Positions 29,874 through 38,508 of a stretch of 64,000 nucleotides of DNA are shown piece after piece. The notes under the pieces are model-generated. The model was given only the letters and a program-made list of their open reading frames with translations, did no database searches and had not been told where the DNA came from. The DNA is from a virus. The DNA is taken from the IMG/VR virus record IMGVR_UViG_3300043395_002349, positions 1 through 64,000 of that record; one strand, written 5' to 3'. Position 1 is the first letter of the stretch. The number at the start of each line of letters is the position of its first letter. Both the position numbers and the translations under genes were made by a program.

Positions 29874-31318
29874 TATGCTTTACAATTTATTATTACTGAA
29901 TTATTACCAATATCATCTACTGATAATAATTCATATTTTAAATTATTCATTCCGTCTTCTTTCCAATCATATTTTCCTTGCTGCATTTCTAACACATATC
30001 TTCTTTCATTTCTTGCAGTTGTTTCACCTTTTGCCCATTTATCAACACCACCTACACTTATTAATCCTTCGGTTTGATGTGGTAAACATTCAAACTTACC
30101 ATCTCTACGGAAAGGTAAGATAGTATGATGAATTTTTAAAATATCTTCTTCTTTTATTTCAACATCATAGATTTCGCCGTGATTTCCATTATCGGTTAAA
30201 TCTTCTAGTATATTTCCATTTGTATTATTAAAATCATAATGTGCCACCATATCTTCTGGGAACTCCATTATTTCATTTTCTTCTAAACATCTGTCCCACA
30301 TCATAATTTTTGCAATATCCCCTTTAAACCACCTATTAACCTCATCTATCCCTACTGATGTTGTCGTTCCTATATAATAAGGTTCTGTACCATATCTTTT
30401 TAATAATCCATTATATTCCATTGGTGATGTAACGCCTGTTCCGAATCGTGCATCACTCTTTCTACCATTAATATAAAGTGATATCTGTTTGCTATCATCA
30501 TCAACCGTTAATGTTACCCATGTCCATTGTTGTTCATATCTTTTAGCCCATAGGTATAAAAATTCTCTTTCATTGTTCCATAACATTGTAGTAAATGCTC
30601 TACTATTATTATAAGATATACCCCAATCATGTCCGGGTCTGCGAAATACAGGATATTCACAAAATCTTCTATCTTCATCACCGATTAAATAGATAGGCAC
30701 TTTTTCTTCTTGTTGATGTGCTTTAACTAAAATAGAAACTGAATGTGAACGTGAACATATATTGCGAATAGTTCTTGTTGGTTCTATTTTTACATATGAA
30801 TTACGTCCATTAAAATATCCGTATTTTTGATTTTTAATTATTGGTAAATAATGTTGTTCTGCATTATCAGTTAATACACATCTCCAAAATAAATCATCAT
30901 CTTCCATACCCCAATCCCAATAATCATTTGAGTAACCATTTGTAGCTTCTACTTGTTCTTTTGTAAATAGTACTGCACCTCCAAAATATTCCTCATATTT
31001 AAGGTTATAATCCGTTTGTGATATTCTTACTGCCAAATGCTTTGGGTTCTCAGGATTGTAACTATAATCACAAGAATCATCTTCGGGTACCATATCAATA
31101 TCATGCCAAACTATATAATCACATCCATCATCAAATGCGTGTTTTGCGGCTATGTTTTTCATCTTACCTCGATTGAACAATTTATCATCACATTGATGTG
31201 CAAAATAAATCTTATGTTCAATACCTCTTTCTTCTAAGAATTTATGAACTCTAGGCGAAAACTCTTTTAAATGAGCTTCTCTATTTCTATATGGTACACA
31301 AACACCTAACTTATGCAT
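29873..31318 (-). CDS. GT7 (beta-1,4-galactosyltransferase-like) glycosyltransferase with inserted LamG domain
   Basis: VPYRNREAHL, FNRGKMKN, HDIDM (DxD), YFGGA, NGYSNDYWDWGMEDDDL, LamG block, then GKFECLPH..DGMNNLKY. Confidence 0.85.
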   Translation of the reverse strand: MHKLGVCVPYRNREAHLKEFSPRVHKFLEERGIEHKIYFAHQCDDKLFNRGKMKNIAAKHAFDDGCDYIVWHDIDMVPEDDSCDYSYNPENPKHLAVRISQTDYNLKYEEYFGGAVLFTKEQVEATNGYSNDYWDWGMEDDDLFWRCVLTDNAEQHYLPIIKNQKYGYFNGRNSYVKIEPTRTIRNICSRSHSVSILVKAHQQEEKVPIYLIGDEDRRFCEYPVFRRPGHDWGISYNNSRAFTTMLWNNEREFLYLWAKRYEQQWTWVTLTVDDDSKQISLYINGRKSDARFGTGVTSPMEYNGLLKRYGTEPYYIGTTTSVGIDEVNRWFKGDIAKIMMWDRCLEENEIMEFPEDMVAHYDFNNTNGNILEDLTDNGNHGEIYDVEIKEEDILKIHHTILPFRRDGKFECLPHQTEGLISVGGVDKWAKGETTARNERRYVLEMQQGKYDWKEDGMNNLKYELLSVDDIGNNSVIINCKA

Positions 31319-32751
31319 TATAAATTAACTTTTATTTTTATTGCGTTATTTGTTATATCTTCTCGTTCTACTTCTTTATACACACAGGTATTTAATCCAT
31401 CTATACTCAAATCTACAACATTTCCCTTCATTTCATTATAAAATCTTTCCTGATTTTTTCTAGTTTCAGAATGTACCCAATTATTTCCTATTGTAGAATT
31501 GGAAGTATGTTTTAATGTTTTAAATTTACCTTCTCTACGAATTGGTACAATTATATCTGTCTGAAATTTATCTAACATTACATCATCTTCACAGTTATAA
31601 ATCAATCCATTATTTTTATTTCCACTTAAATCTTGTAATATATCACCTTTAAAATTTTTAAAATCATAATAACATTTTAAAAACTTTGATTTGTTATATT
31701 TTTTAAAATCATTTACAATAGATTTATACAAAGAATTTTCATAAATATCTTTTATATTATTTTCATCTAATGCAATATTCCAAATAGCGAACTCTGCTAT
31801 TAATCCTTTAAAATAAAATTGATTAGTATCTAATGTAGGATTACCAGCACCTAAATACAAATAATCCACATCATATGGAAATATTTGCTCAGTTATTTCT
31901 TTTTTATCTACTAATTCACCATTCATATAAAAACAAAATTCATCATCTGTTTTTGTTATTACTAAATGTGACCAAATTTCATTTAATATTTCGGTTTGAA
32001 TTGATATAGATTTATCATCTTTTGTCCACATTTCACCTTTATATCTTTTGAATGATGTATATGATATACCTGTATTTCTACCTGGTATTGATACAATTTG
32101 ATATTCATCAAAGTCAGTATTAAGTGAAGTTTTACAATCTTCTGGTTTTATTTTTATTGAAATTGTAAAGTCATTATTAAAGATTGATGTTAAATTTTTG
32201 TATGGAACTTTTACATAAGAACTTTTTCCATCAAATTTAAAATAATTAATTAAATAATTTTTATCTTCAATACCAAATGAAATTTTATCTAATGGAATAT
32301 TTCTCTGAATGCATCTATAAAGTAAATCGTCATCTTCAAATCCCCAACCCCAATACTCATTGGAATATCCATTAACAAGTTTGTAATCATGCACATTAAA
32401 CAAAGTAACTCCACCAAAATAATCCATAAATGGAATATCTTTGTTTATTTTAGAAACTAAATGAATAGGTGTTTCTGAATATGAATAATCCACTCCTTTT
32501 AAGGGTAACATATCCACATCATGTAATGCAAAATAATCAAACCCCTCTTTAATAGCAATTCTAGCACCTACATTTAGAAGTTTACCTCTATTAAAAGGTT
32601 TATTATCATTTTGTTCAATGACAAAGATTTTGTAATCGTAATCCTTTAAATATTCTTGCATATAAGGAACGAAAACTTCTAAATGAGATTGTCTGTCTCT
32701 ATAAGGAACTATTATTGCTAATTTCTTATTCTTCATTAAAATCTCTTTCAA
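31318..32751 (-). CDS. GT7 glycosyltransferase with inserted LamG domain
   Basis: AIIVPYRDRQSHL, FNRGKLLNVG, HDVDM, NGYSNEYWGWGFEDDDL, LamG (FDGKSSYV..WSHLVIT..DLSGNKNNG), GKFKTLKH..DGLNT. Confidence 0.88.
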   Translation of the reverse strand: MKEILMKNKKLAIIVPYRDRQSHLEVFVPYMQEYLKDYDYKIFVIEQNDNKPFNRGKLLNVGARIAIKEGFDYFALHDVDMLPLKGVDYSYSETPIHLVSKINKDIPFMDYFGGVTLFNVHDYKLVNGYSNEYWGWGFEDDDLLYRCIQRNIPLDKISFGIEDKNYLINYFKFDGKSSYVKVPYKNLTSIFNNDFTISIKIKPEDCKTSLNTDFDEYQIVSIPGRNTGISYTSFKRYKGEMWTKDDKSISIQTEILNEIWSHLVITKTDDEFCFYMNGELVDKKEITEQIFPYDVDYLYLGAGNPTLDTNQFYFKGLIAEFAIWNIALDENNIKDIYENSLYKSIVNDFKKYNKSKFLKCYYDFKNFKGDILQDLSGNKNNGLIYNCEDDVMLDKFQTDIIVPIRREGKFKTLKHTSNSTIGNNWVHSETRKNQERFYNEMKGNVVDLSIDGLNTCVYKEVEREDITNNAIKIKVNL

Positions 32752-32959
32752 TTCCCTTGTCAGGTCTTGTAGAAGAACCTACACTTTTAGTTTTAGCTAT
32801 GTTATAAAATTCATTCAAATACCATTCTAATCTTGTAGACCATCCTGCGGTATCTAAATCGTATAACCAATCACTAATGTCTTGCATAGAGTGTGCAATA
32901 CTTTCTAAAGCCTTTACACCTCTTTCTTCTGTTGATAATTCTGTTTTTTTGTCTGCCAT
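32726..32959 (-). CDS. Hypothetical protein
   Basis: 77-aa ORF tiling between its neighbours. Confidence 0.6.
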   Translation of the reverse strand: MADKKTELSTEERGVKALESIAHSMQDISDWLYDLDTAGWSTRLEWYLNEFYNIAKTKSVGSSTRPDKGIERDFNEE

Positions 32960-32969
32960 ATTATTTGTT

Positions 32970-33293
32970 TTAATAATTTAATAATTTATTTATAACTTCA
33001 TCAAATACTATTTTTTCATGTCCTTCTACCCAAACCTTATCTTTTATTTGTTTTAATTTTTCTCTTTCTACAACAAATTTTTCATATTGTAACACATATT
33101 CAAACGTATTAGAACCATTCGGATGATATATTTTCATTAAACCTTCCATACATAAAATAAATTTAGGTAAGAAAAATTTAAAATCTCCTTTTCCTTCTTT
33201 TAATGTTTGAAACTCTTCTGCAATTTGCTCTAATTTTTTTACAAAAGTTTCATTATTTAATAAATCTTTTATCATAAAATAATTTTTAACCAT
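32970..33293 (-). CDS. Hypothetical protein
   Basis: 107-aa ORF tiling between its neighbours; the true start may be the second Met. Confidence 0.55.
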   Translation of the reverse strand: MVKNYFMIKDLLNNETFVKKLEQIAEEFQTLKEGKGDFKFFLPKFILCMEGLMKIYHPNGSNTFEYVLQYEKFVVEREKLKQIKDKVWVEGHEKIVFDEVINKLLNY

Positions 33294-34753
33294 TCAGTTT
33301 TTTTATCAAAACTTTCTTGTTTTACTAATTTAAATTTAATATTACTTAATCCTATTTTATTTGTAGGAATTTTCTTTGTTAATATATCATTAAAAAATAT
33401 ATCACCATTTTCTAAAATGTCAGGATCATATGATTTATATCTTTCTACTATATCCGTATCGTTTTCATGTGGTAATGATTGGAAATTGGCTTCTATTCTT
33501 TTTGGTAATTTTATTTTAGAAGTTTTTAATATTTCATCTTCTTTTAAATAAGCTGAATAATTACTACCAAAGTTATTATAAACCGTTGCGTGATTATGAT
33601 TTTTTGTTTCATCTATTATAAAATTTTTATAAAACTTTGTAAAACTATATTTTACAACTGGTTCGAATTGTGTTTGTAATTTTCTATTAAATACTAATCC
33701 ATTTAAATACAAATTTTTGATTTCAGAATCACTTAATACATAATCAAAAAAATATAAATTTGCTAACTTTCCTCTAAATAAATTTTTGTTGTGTGAACCT
33801 GCTCCTAAATAAATTTTATCTTTTGTGTAATCCCATAATGGTAATTCAAAGTCAGTAAGAGTATCTTGTTTTTTACCTTCTTCAAATGTATCTACTATCA
33901 ATCGTAGTTTATTAGAATCAAAATCCATTATACATACAATGTGATGCCATTGATTTGGTGCTAATTTTCTATAATTAAAATAATATTTTTTATCTTTACC
34001 CCAAAAATTAAATCTTAATGTATTATCTGGTTGAATAGAAATTCCACTATTAAATCCTGGAAATGAAATAACATATTGTTCATCTTTAACAAATTCATCA
34101 AAATTAATCCAGGCTGAAATTGTAAATGAATCCGCGGTAATTCCTTTTAAAAATTTATTTGGTATAATTTCAACTTGTGTTTCACCATCAAAATTTAAAT
34201 ATGTTATCTTTTCTTTTTTTATAGAATCAGTAATTCTTAATCTATCTATTTCGTAATTATTATCTATTCGTGGATAAACATATTCGGAATCTAATTTAAT
34301 ACCGTTTTGTTCCATTCTAAATAATAAATCTAAATCCGTATATCCCCAACCATAATATTCATTTGAGTATCCATTTATTGATTGAAAATCTTCTTTAGAA
34401 ATAATAAAAACACCACCTGTGTATTGTAAATATGGTAAGGTATTTTCGTGAACTTGTACTCTTGTTGCTAAATGTGTTGGTATTTTTTTATACGAATAAT
34501 CTGCTTTATCTGATGTTGGTAACATATCTACATCGTGAAAACAGAAATAATCATACTCATCTTTTAATAAATGAAATGCAGAGTTACAAAGTTTTCCATA
34601 ATTAAATGGTTTATCATCGCTTTGTTCAATTACAAATATTTTATAATCAAAATTTTTATCTTTTAGAAACGATTGTATGTGTGGCAAGAAAATATCAAGA
34701 TGTTCTCTCCTATCTCTATACGGAACAATAATTGCTAATTTATGTTTATCCAT
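33272..34753 (-). CDS. GT7 glycosyltransferase with inserted LamG domain, variant active site
   Basis: AIIVPYRDRREHL, FNYGKL, HDVDM, NGYSNEYYGWGYTDLDL, LamG (FTISAWI..QWHHIV..FRGKL), FQSLPH..IGLSNIKF. Confidence 0.85.
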   Translation of the reverse strand: MDKHKLAIIVPYRDRREHLDIFLPHIQSFLKDKNFDYKIFVIEQSDDKPFNYGKLCNSAFHLLKDEYDYFCFHDVDMLPTSDKADYSYKKIPTHLATRVQVHENTLPYLQYTGGVFIISKEDFQSINGYSNEYYGWGYTDLDLLFRMEQNGIKLDSEYVYPRIDNNYEIDRLRITDSIKKEKITYLNFDGETQVEIIPNKFLKGITADSFTISAWINFDEFVKDEQYVISFPGFNSGISIQPDNTLRFNFWGKDKKYYFNYRKLAPNQWHHIVCIMDFDSNKLRLIVDTFEEGKKQDTLTDFELPLWDYTKDKIYLGAGSHNKNLFRGKLANLYFFDYVLSDSEIKNLYLNGLVFNRKLQTQFEPVVKYSFTKFYKNFIIDETKNHNHATVYNNFGSNYSAYLKEDEILKTSKIKLPKRIEANFQSLPHENDTDIVERYKSYDPDILENGDIFFNDILTKKIPTNKIGLSNIKFKLVKQESFDKKTEWLKIIL

Positions 34754-34756
34754 ACC

Positions 34757-34788
34757 TAAATGTAACGAAGTTTTACTATAAAACCAAA
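34757..34788 (-). promoter_or_regulatory. Bacteroidota sigma-A-like promoter (TTTG-N20-TACATTTA)
   Basis: The sense strand reads TTTG, a 20-nt spacer, TACATTTA, GGT, ATG. This matches the -33 TTTG / -7 TAnnTTTG consensus with one mismatch. Confidence 0.5.
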
Positions 34789-35628
34789 TTAAATTGATTG
34801 AATCTTTTTGAAAAGTTTATCCCAGTGTGAATATCCCCATATTCCACAATTTTCAATCATAAACCTCTCATCATATATATCAATTTTAAAATTATTTGAT
34901 TTTATAGCATCATACATTTTCTGATATTCATTAGAATAAGAATGTTCTTTTTTAATATCCGCAACTGCTTTAATTCTTTCTACACAAGTACTATCCCACT
35001 TAAAATGATTAACTATAACATTGTATCTATCGGTAGGTGCAATTAATGGATGATTCCAACCTTGCCATTTCCAAGTTGTTTGCCCGTCTATTTTTGCGTA
35101 ATGTTGACCAGGTGTAAGTTCTACATATCCCTTCATTATACAAACTTTATTAGGGCATGCACCCGAAAGTGGATATCTAAAAAATCCTGCTAATGGAAAT
35201 TGTTTAAATATGTCTTCGTTTTCTTTTATCTCTACAAATTCACCATCTATACCAATTCTATCTACAAAACCACCTCTAACTAATTCCCATCCATTTATTT
35301 CACATTCTTCTATTATAGAATCTATATCCTTTGAATATTCATGAAATTCATCATCATCTGCTACAATCCACCAATCATTAGGATGTAATAATTTAGTTTG
35401 ATTGTATAAATGAGTAACATGTTCCCAATTAAATTTTTCTTTTTTAGAACGTTTGATTATTTGTACATTTGGAAAATTTGATGCAATTTTTTTAACTTCA
35501 TCATATGTACTCATGTCATCCCATTCGTACACAACCACATAAATCTCATCTACTAAATTTTCATAATAAGAAAAAAAATGGTTAAGAGTATTTGTTCTAC
35601 TTCCTGTAACTGTAACTAATCTTGTCAT
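34789..35628 (-). CDS. GT2-like (GT-A fold) glycosyltransferase
   Basis: HFFSYYE..VDEIYVVVY, DWWIVADDDEF (DxD), H-containing C-terminal motifs. Confidence 0.6.
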   Translation of the reverse strand: MTRLVTVTGSRTNTLNHFFSYYENLVDEIYVVVYEWDDMSTYDEVKKIASNFPNVQIIKRSKKEKFNWEHVTHLYNQTKLLHPNDWWIVADDDEFHEYSKDIDSIIEECEINGWELVRGGFVDRIGIDGEFVEIKENEDIFKQFPLAGFFRYPLSGACPNKVCIMKGYVELTPGQHYAKIDGQTTWKWQGWNHPLIAPTDRYNVIVNHFKWDSTCVERIKAVADIKKEHSYSNEYQKMYDAIKSNNFKIDIYDERFMIENCGIWGYSHWDKLFKKIQSI

Positions 35629-36467
35629 AAACTATTTATATATTCTTTTAATTTATCTTTGGGGTGCCAATTTAATTTTTCTACATCATTATTTAATCGT
35701 TTTCCGTTTTTATAATTTCCTAAAACAGATGCTGCATATCTAACTTTTAACTTTCCAAATTTCTCTTCAAACATTTTAAAAATTTGTATAATACTATATG
35801 ATTTTGTATTTCCCATTTCCCAACCTGAAAGGTTTTTCTTCTTAGTTGTTAAAAGTATTTCTAAACCATCAACTACATCATCTATATGTGTAAATGCTCT
35901 ATGAGGCATTCCTAATTGATGTATTGTTATATGTTTTTTATTTTTAATTTGGTTTCTCCATTTGCCAATCAACGCTGCCATATGTGATTCTACTAATTCA
36001 CCTGGTCCGTAAACGTTATATAATCTTACAATTGTAATATCCATTTTTAATCCATCTCTATAAAATCTACATAATTCTTCACCCATTCTTTTTGATGTTG
36101 AATATGGTGATATAGAGTGATGAATTGATGATGAACTACTGAAAATAACTTTACAATTATTTCTAAGTGCATAATCTAATACTTCTTTAGTACCCGTTAC
36201 ATTTACTGAATATGTAATGTTTTGATTTTTGTATGAAGGTAAGACTCTACTATATGCTGCTAAATGATAGATACAATCATAATGTTTATTTGGTATATTT
36301 CCCATTGCTCTAATATCACCACCTAAAAAGTTAGCACCTTCTACTATTTCTGCTTCTTTTCCAATATAAAGATTATCTATAATATCAACTTCATACCCTT
36401 TATCTAAAAATCGTTTGGTTAACGCTTTGCCAATAAAACCACAACCACCTGTAATTAGTATTTTCAT
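35625..36467 (-). CDS. NAD-dependent epimerase (UDP-glucose 4-epimerase-like SDR)
   Basis: TGGCGFIG, YHLAA, NVTGT, SSSS, SPYSTSK, RLYNVYGP, FTHIDDVV. Confidence 0.9.
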   Translation of the reverse strand: MKILITGGCGFIGKALTKRFLDKGYEVDIIDNLYIGKEAEIVEGANFLGGDIRAMGNIPNKHYDCIYHLAAYSRVLPSYKNQNITYSVNVTGTKEVLDYALRNNCKVIFSSSSSIHHSISPYSTSKRMGEELCRFYRDGLKMDITIVRLYNVYGPGELVESHMAALIGKWRNQIKNKKHITIHQLGMPHRAFTHIDDVVDGLEILLTTKKKNLSGWEMGNTKSYSIIQIFKMFEEKFGKLKVRYAASVLGNYKNGKRLNNDVEKLNWHPKDKLKEYINSL

Positions 36468-37219
36468 TTTCTTCTTACTAAAGTTAATCCTGTTGATGCC
36501 GGTTTATTTTTTATGATACCAAAATTGAATAGGTCAAACACTTGCCATTTTTCAGTATCTATTTCTTTTGCTAATTGAATCGGCCCATTCCAATCATCGA
36601 AATCACCTCTGTCTTTAACCTCATTTGTGACTATGTATTTATCTGCGTAATTAGGGTCAGTATCATGAATTGAAATAATACCATTTTCATTTACTAATTG
36701 AGAATATAATTCAAAATCTTCTTTTACGTTTTCGTAACTATGACCGGCATCAATATGTAAATAATCAATCTTAATATCATTTAATACAAAGAAATTATGA
36801 AATGCATTTGCAGTTGTGTCATTTATAATTCTAGGTGAAAATAATCTTCTAAAGAAACTTTCTTCTTTAAACCAATTTACATTACCACCTATACCATTCA
36901 TCGCATCTACAACATAAGTTGTTCCAATATCACCCCAACTTTTATCATTGTTTCCTTCAAAAATATTTTGAGAATGTAAATCCATTCTAGCCTGTGTCAT
37001 TATTCTAGGTATAAATCCACCACCGCTTCCTAAACATACACATACCTTTGCTCTCATATACTGAATTAGTGAATATACGATTAACCCATCTCCGAGATGG
37101 TCATCTGTTGCACCATGTGACCAACGATATGGGACATCTTTTAAAACTTCTTCACCAACTTCATTAAATTCTTGGTTATTTGTAATAAATTCTTTAACGT
37201 AACTTTTATTAATTATCAT
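36464..37219 (-). CDS. Class I SAM-dependent methyltransferase (Methyltransf_24-like)
   Basis: VCLGSGGG, IDYLHIDAGHSYENVKEDF, GIISIHD. Confidence 0.8.
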   Translation of the reverse strand: MIINKSYVKEFITNNQEFNEVGEEVLKDVPYRWSHGATDDHLGDGLIVYSLIQYMRAKVCVCLGSGGGFIPRIMTQARMDLHSQNIFEGNNDKSWGDIGTTYVVDAMNGIGGNVNWFKEESFFRRLFSPRIINDTTANAFHNFFVLNDIKIDYLHIDAGHSYENVKEDFELYSQLVNENGIISIHDTDPNYADKYIVTNEVKDRGDFDDWNGPIQLAKEIDTEKWQVFDLFNFGIIKNKPASTGLTLVRRK

Positions 37220-38229
37220 TTGTTTAATAGGTTTACAATTTCATAAATCCATTCTTCTTTGTTAGTATAAGATTCTAATTCATCTTTTAGTTTATCAAAC
37301 CAATATTGTCTTTCTACTTCAAAATCATTACACATTGTTTGATACACTTTTTTAAATTCTTCTTTTGTTGATGCTCTATATTTGTAATCAATATTAGGTA
37401 ACCAATATTTGTGTATAATTGGAAGTTTACCATAATCAATTGCGTTGAATATAGAATAACCAAACGGTTCATTTACATAACAAGCGTGAAATGGTGTAAA
37501 CTCTAAGTTAAAAAAATTTTTGTGATTTTCCAAAGAATATGGATAAAATCTTATTTTTCGTAAATCTAAGTTTAGCCCTTCTTTTAAATTTTCAAACCCT
37601 ATTTTATCCGTACATGCAAATCCTTTCATACCATCTAAAAAATGAAAACATTTACGAGTTTCACTTCTTGCTGCATATCCTATTTTTTCACTTTCCCATT
37701 TATATTCTCTTTGTTCTTTCCATTCATAATAGTTTGGTATATTAATAGTTTTATTTTTAAAATCTTTTTGAACCATTCCATTATTACATCCTATCCAAAT
37801 TATTTTTTTACATTGATTTAATACATCTTGTTCCCATTGTAAATCCATAGTAGTAGGTAACCAAACTCTATCTAATCCTAAATCTATATTTGTATTTATA
37901 ATTTCTTTAATATAAGCGTGACAAAATATGGTATGAAATTTATGTTTATATTCCCACAATTCATCTCTACGGAAATAGTTGTTATGTAAAAAATGTATTT
38001 TTCTTGCATTTCTTAATATTGGTTCTACTAACAATGGTGCTTCTTTTGTAAACACATATTTACAAGGAATAGATAGTGGATTAAATCCAACTGGCTTTTT
38101 ACTATCAATTAACAGAACAATAGGGTAGTTTAAATATGGTACTACATATTCTATAAATTTGTTTACCCAAATATCACTACCACCAAATGTAACATTTCCG
38201 GCGCCCGTTGTAACTAAAACATCAAACAT
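37216..38229 (-). CDS. GT4-like (GT-B fold) glycosyltransferase
   Basis: N-terminal FGGSDIWV, YAARSETRK, YVNEPFGYSIFNAIDYGKLPI (E-x7-E motif with the second Glu replaced by Asn). Confidence 0.65.
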   Translation of the reverse strand: MFDVLVTTGAGNVTFGGSDIWVNKFIEYVVPYLNYPIVLLIDSKKPVGFNPLSIPCKYVFTKEAPLLVEPILRNARKIHFLHNNYFRRDELWEYKHKFHTIFCHAYIKEIINTNIDLGLDRVWLPTTMDLQWEQDVLNQCKKIIWIGCNNGMVQKDFKNKTINIPNYYEWKEQREYKWESEKIGYAARSETRKCFHFLDGMKGFACTDKIGFENLKEGLNLDLRKIRFYPYSLENHKNFFNLEFTPFHACYVNEPFGYSIFNAIDYGKLPIIHKYWLPNIDYKYRASTKEEFKKVYQTMCNDFEVERQYWFDKLKDELESYTNKEEWIYEIVNLLNK

Positions 38230-38237
38230 ATTTTACT

Positions 38238-38504
38238 TTATAATTCAGGATCAAATGAACATACGATTTCATCATCGTATTTTAAACAACCATATGAAAT
38301 AGTACCATCAATATTAGTCTTTGTTGGTTCTATTTTAAATTTTAATAAAACTGGCTGAAAAGGGTATGTGAATTGAAGTGATGTTTCATTTGATTTTACT
38401 AATACTACTTCTTTTCCTGTATTTTCTACATCTTGTGTATTATCATAATTAATGGTAATTTCCCAATCTATGCCATCATTTCCTTTGTAATTTAATTGTT
38501 TCAT
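38238..38504 (-). CDS. Hypothetical protein
   Basis: 88-aa ORF directly downstream of the tail fibre gene. Confidence 0.6.
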   Translation of the reverse strand: MKQLNYKGNDGIDWEITINYDNTQDVENTGKEVVLVKSNETSLQFTYPFQPVLLKFKIEPTKTNIDGTISYGCLKYDDEIVCSFDPEL

Positions 38505-38508
38505 AACT

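Noticed and set aside
9588-38229. Bacterial O-antigen/capsule locus (host DNA or chimeric contig)
   Set aside because: It is continuous with the phage genes in strand, AT content and overlap style, and has no Wzx/Wzy/ABC exporter or initiating transferase.
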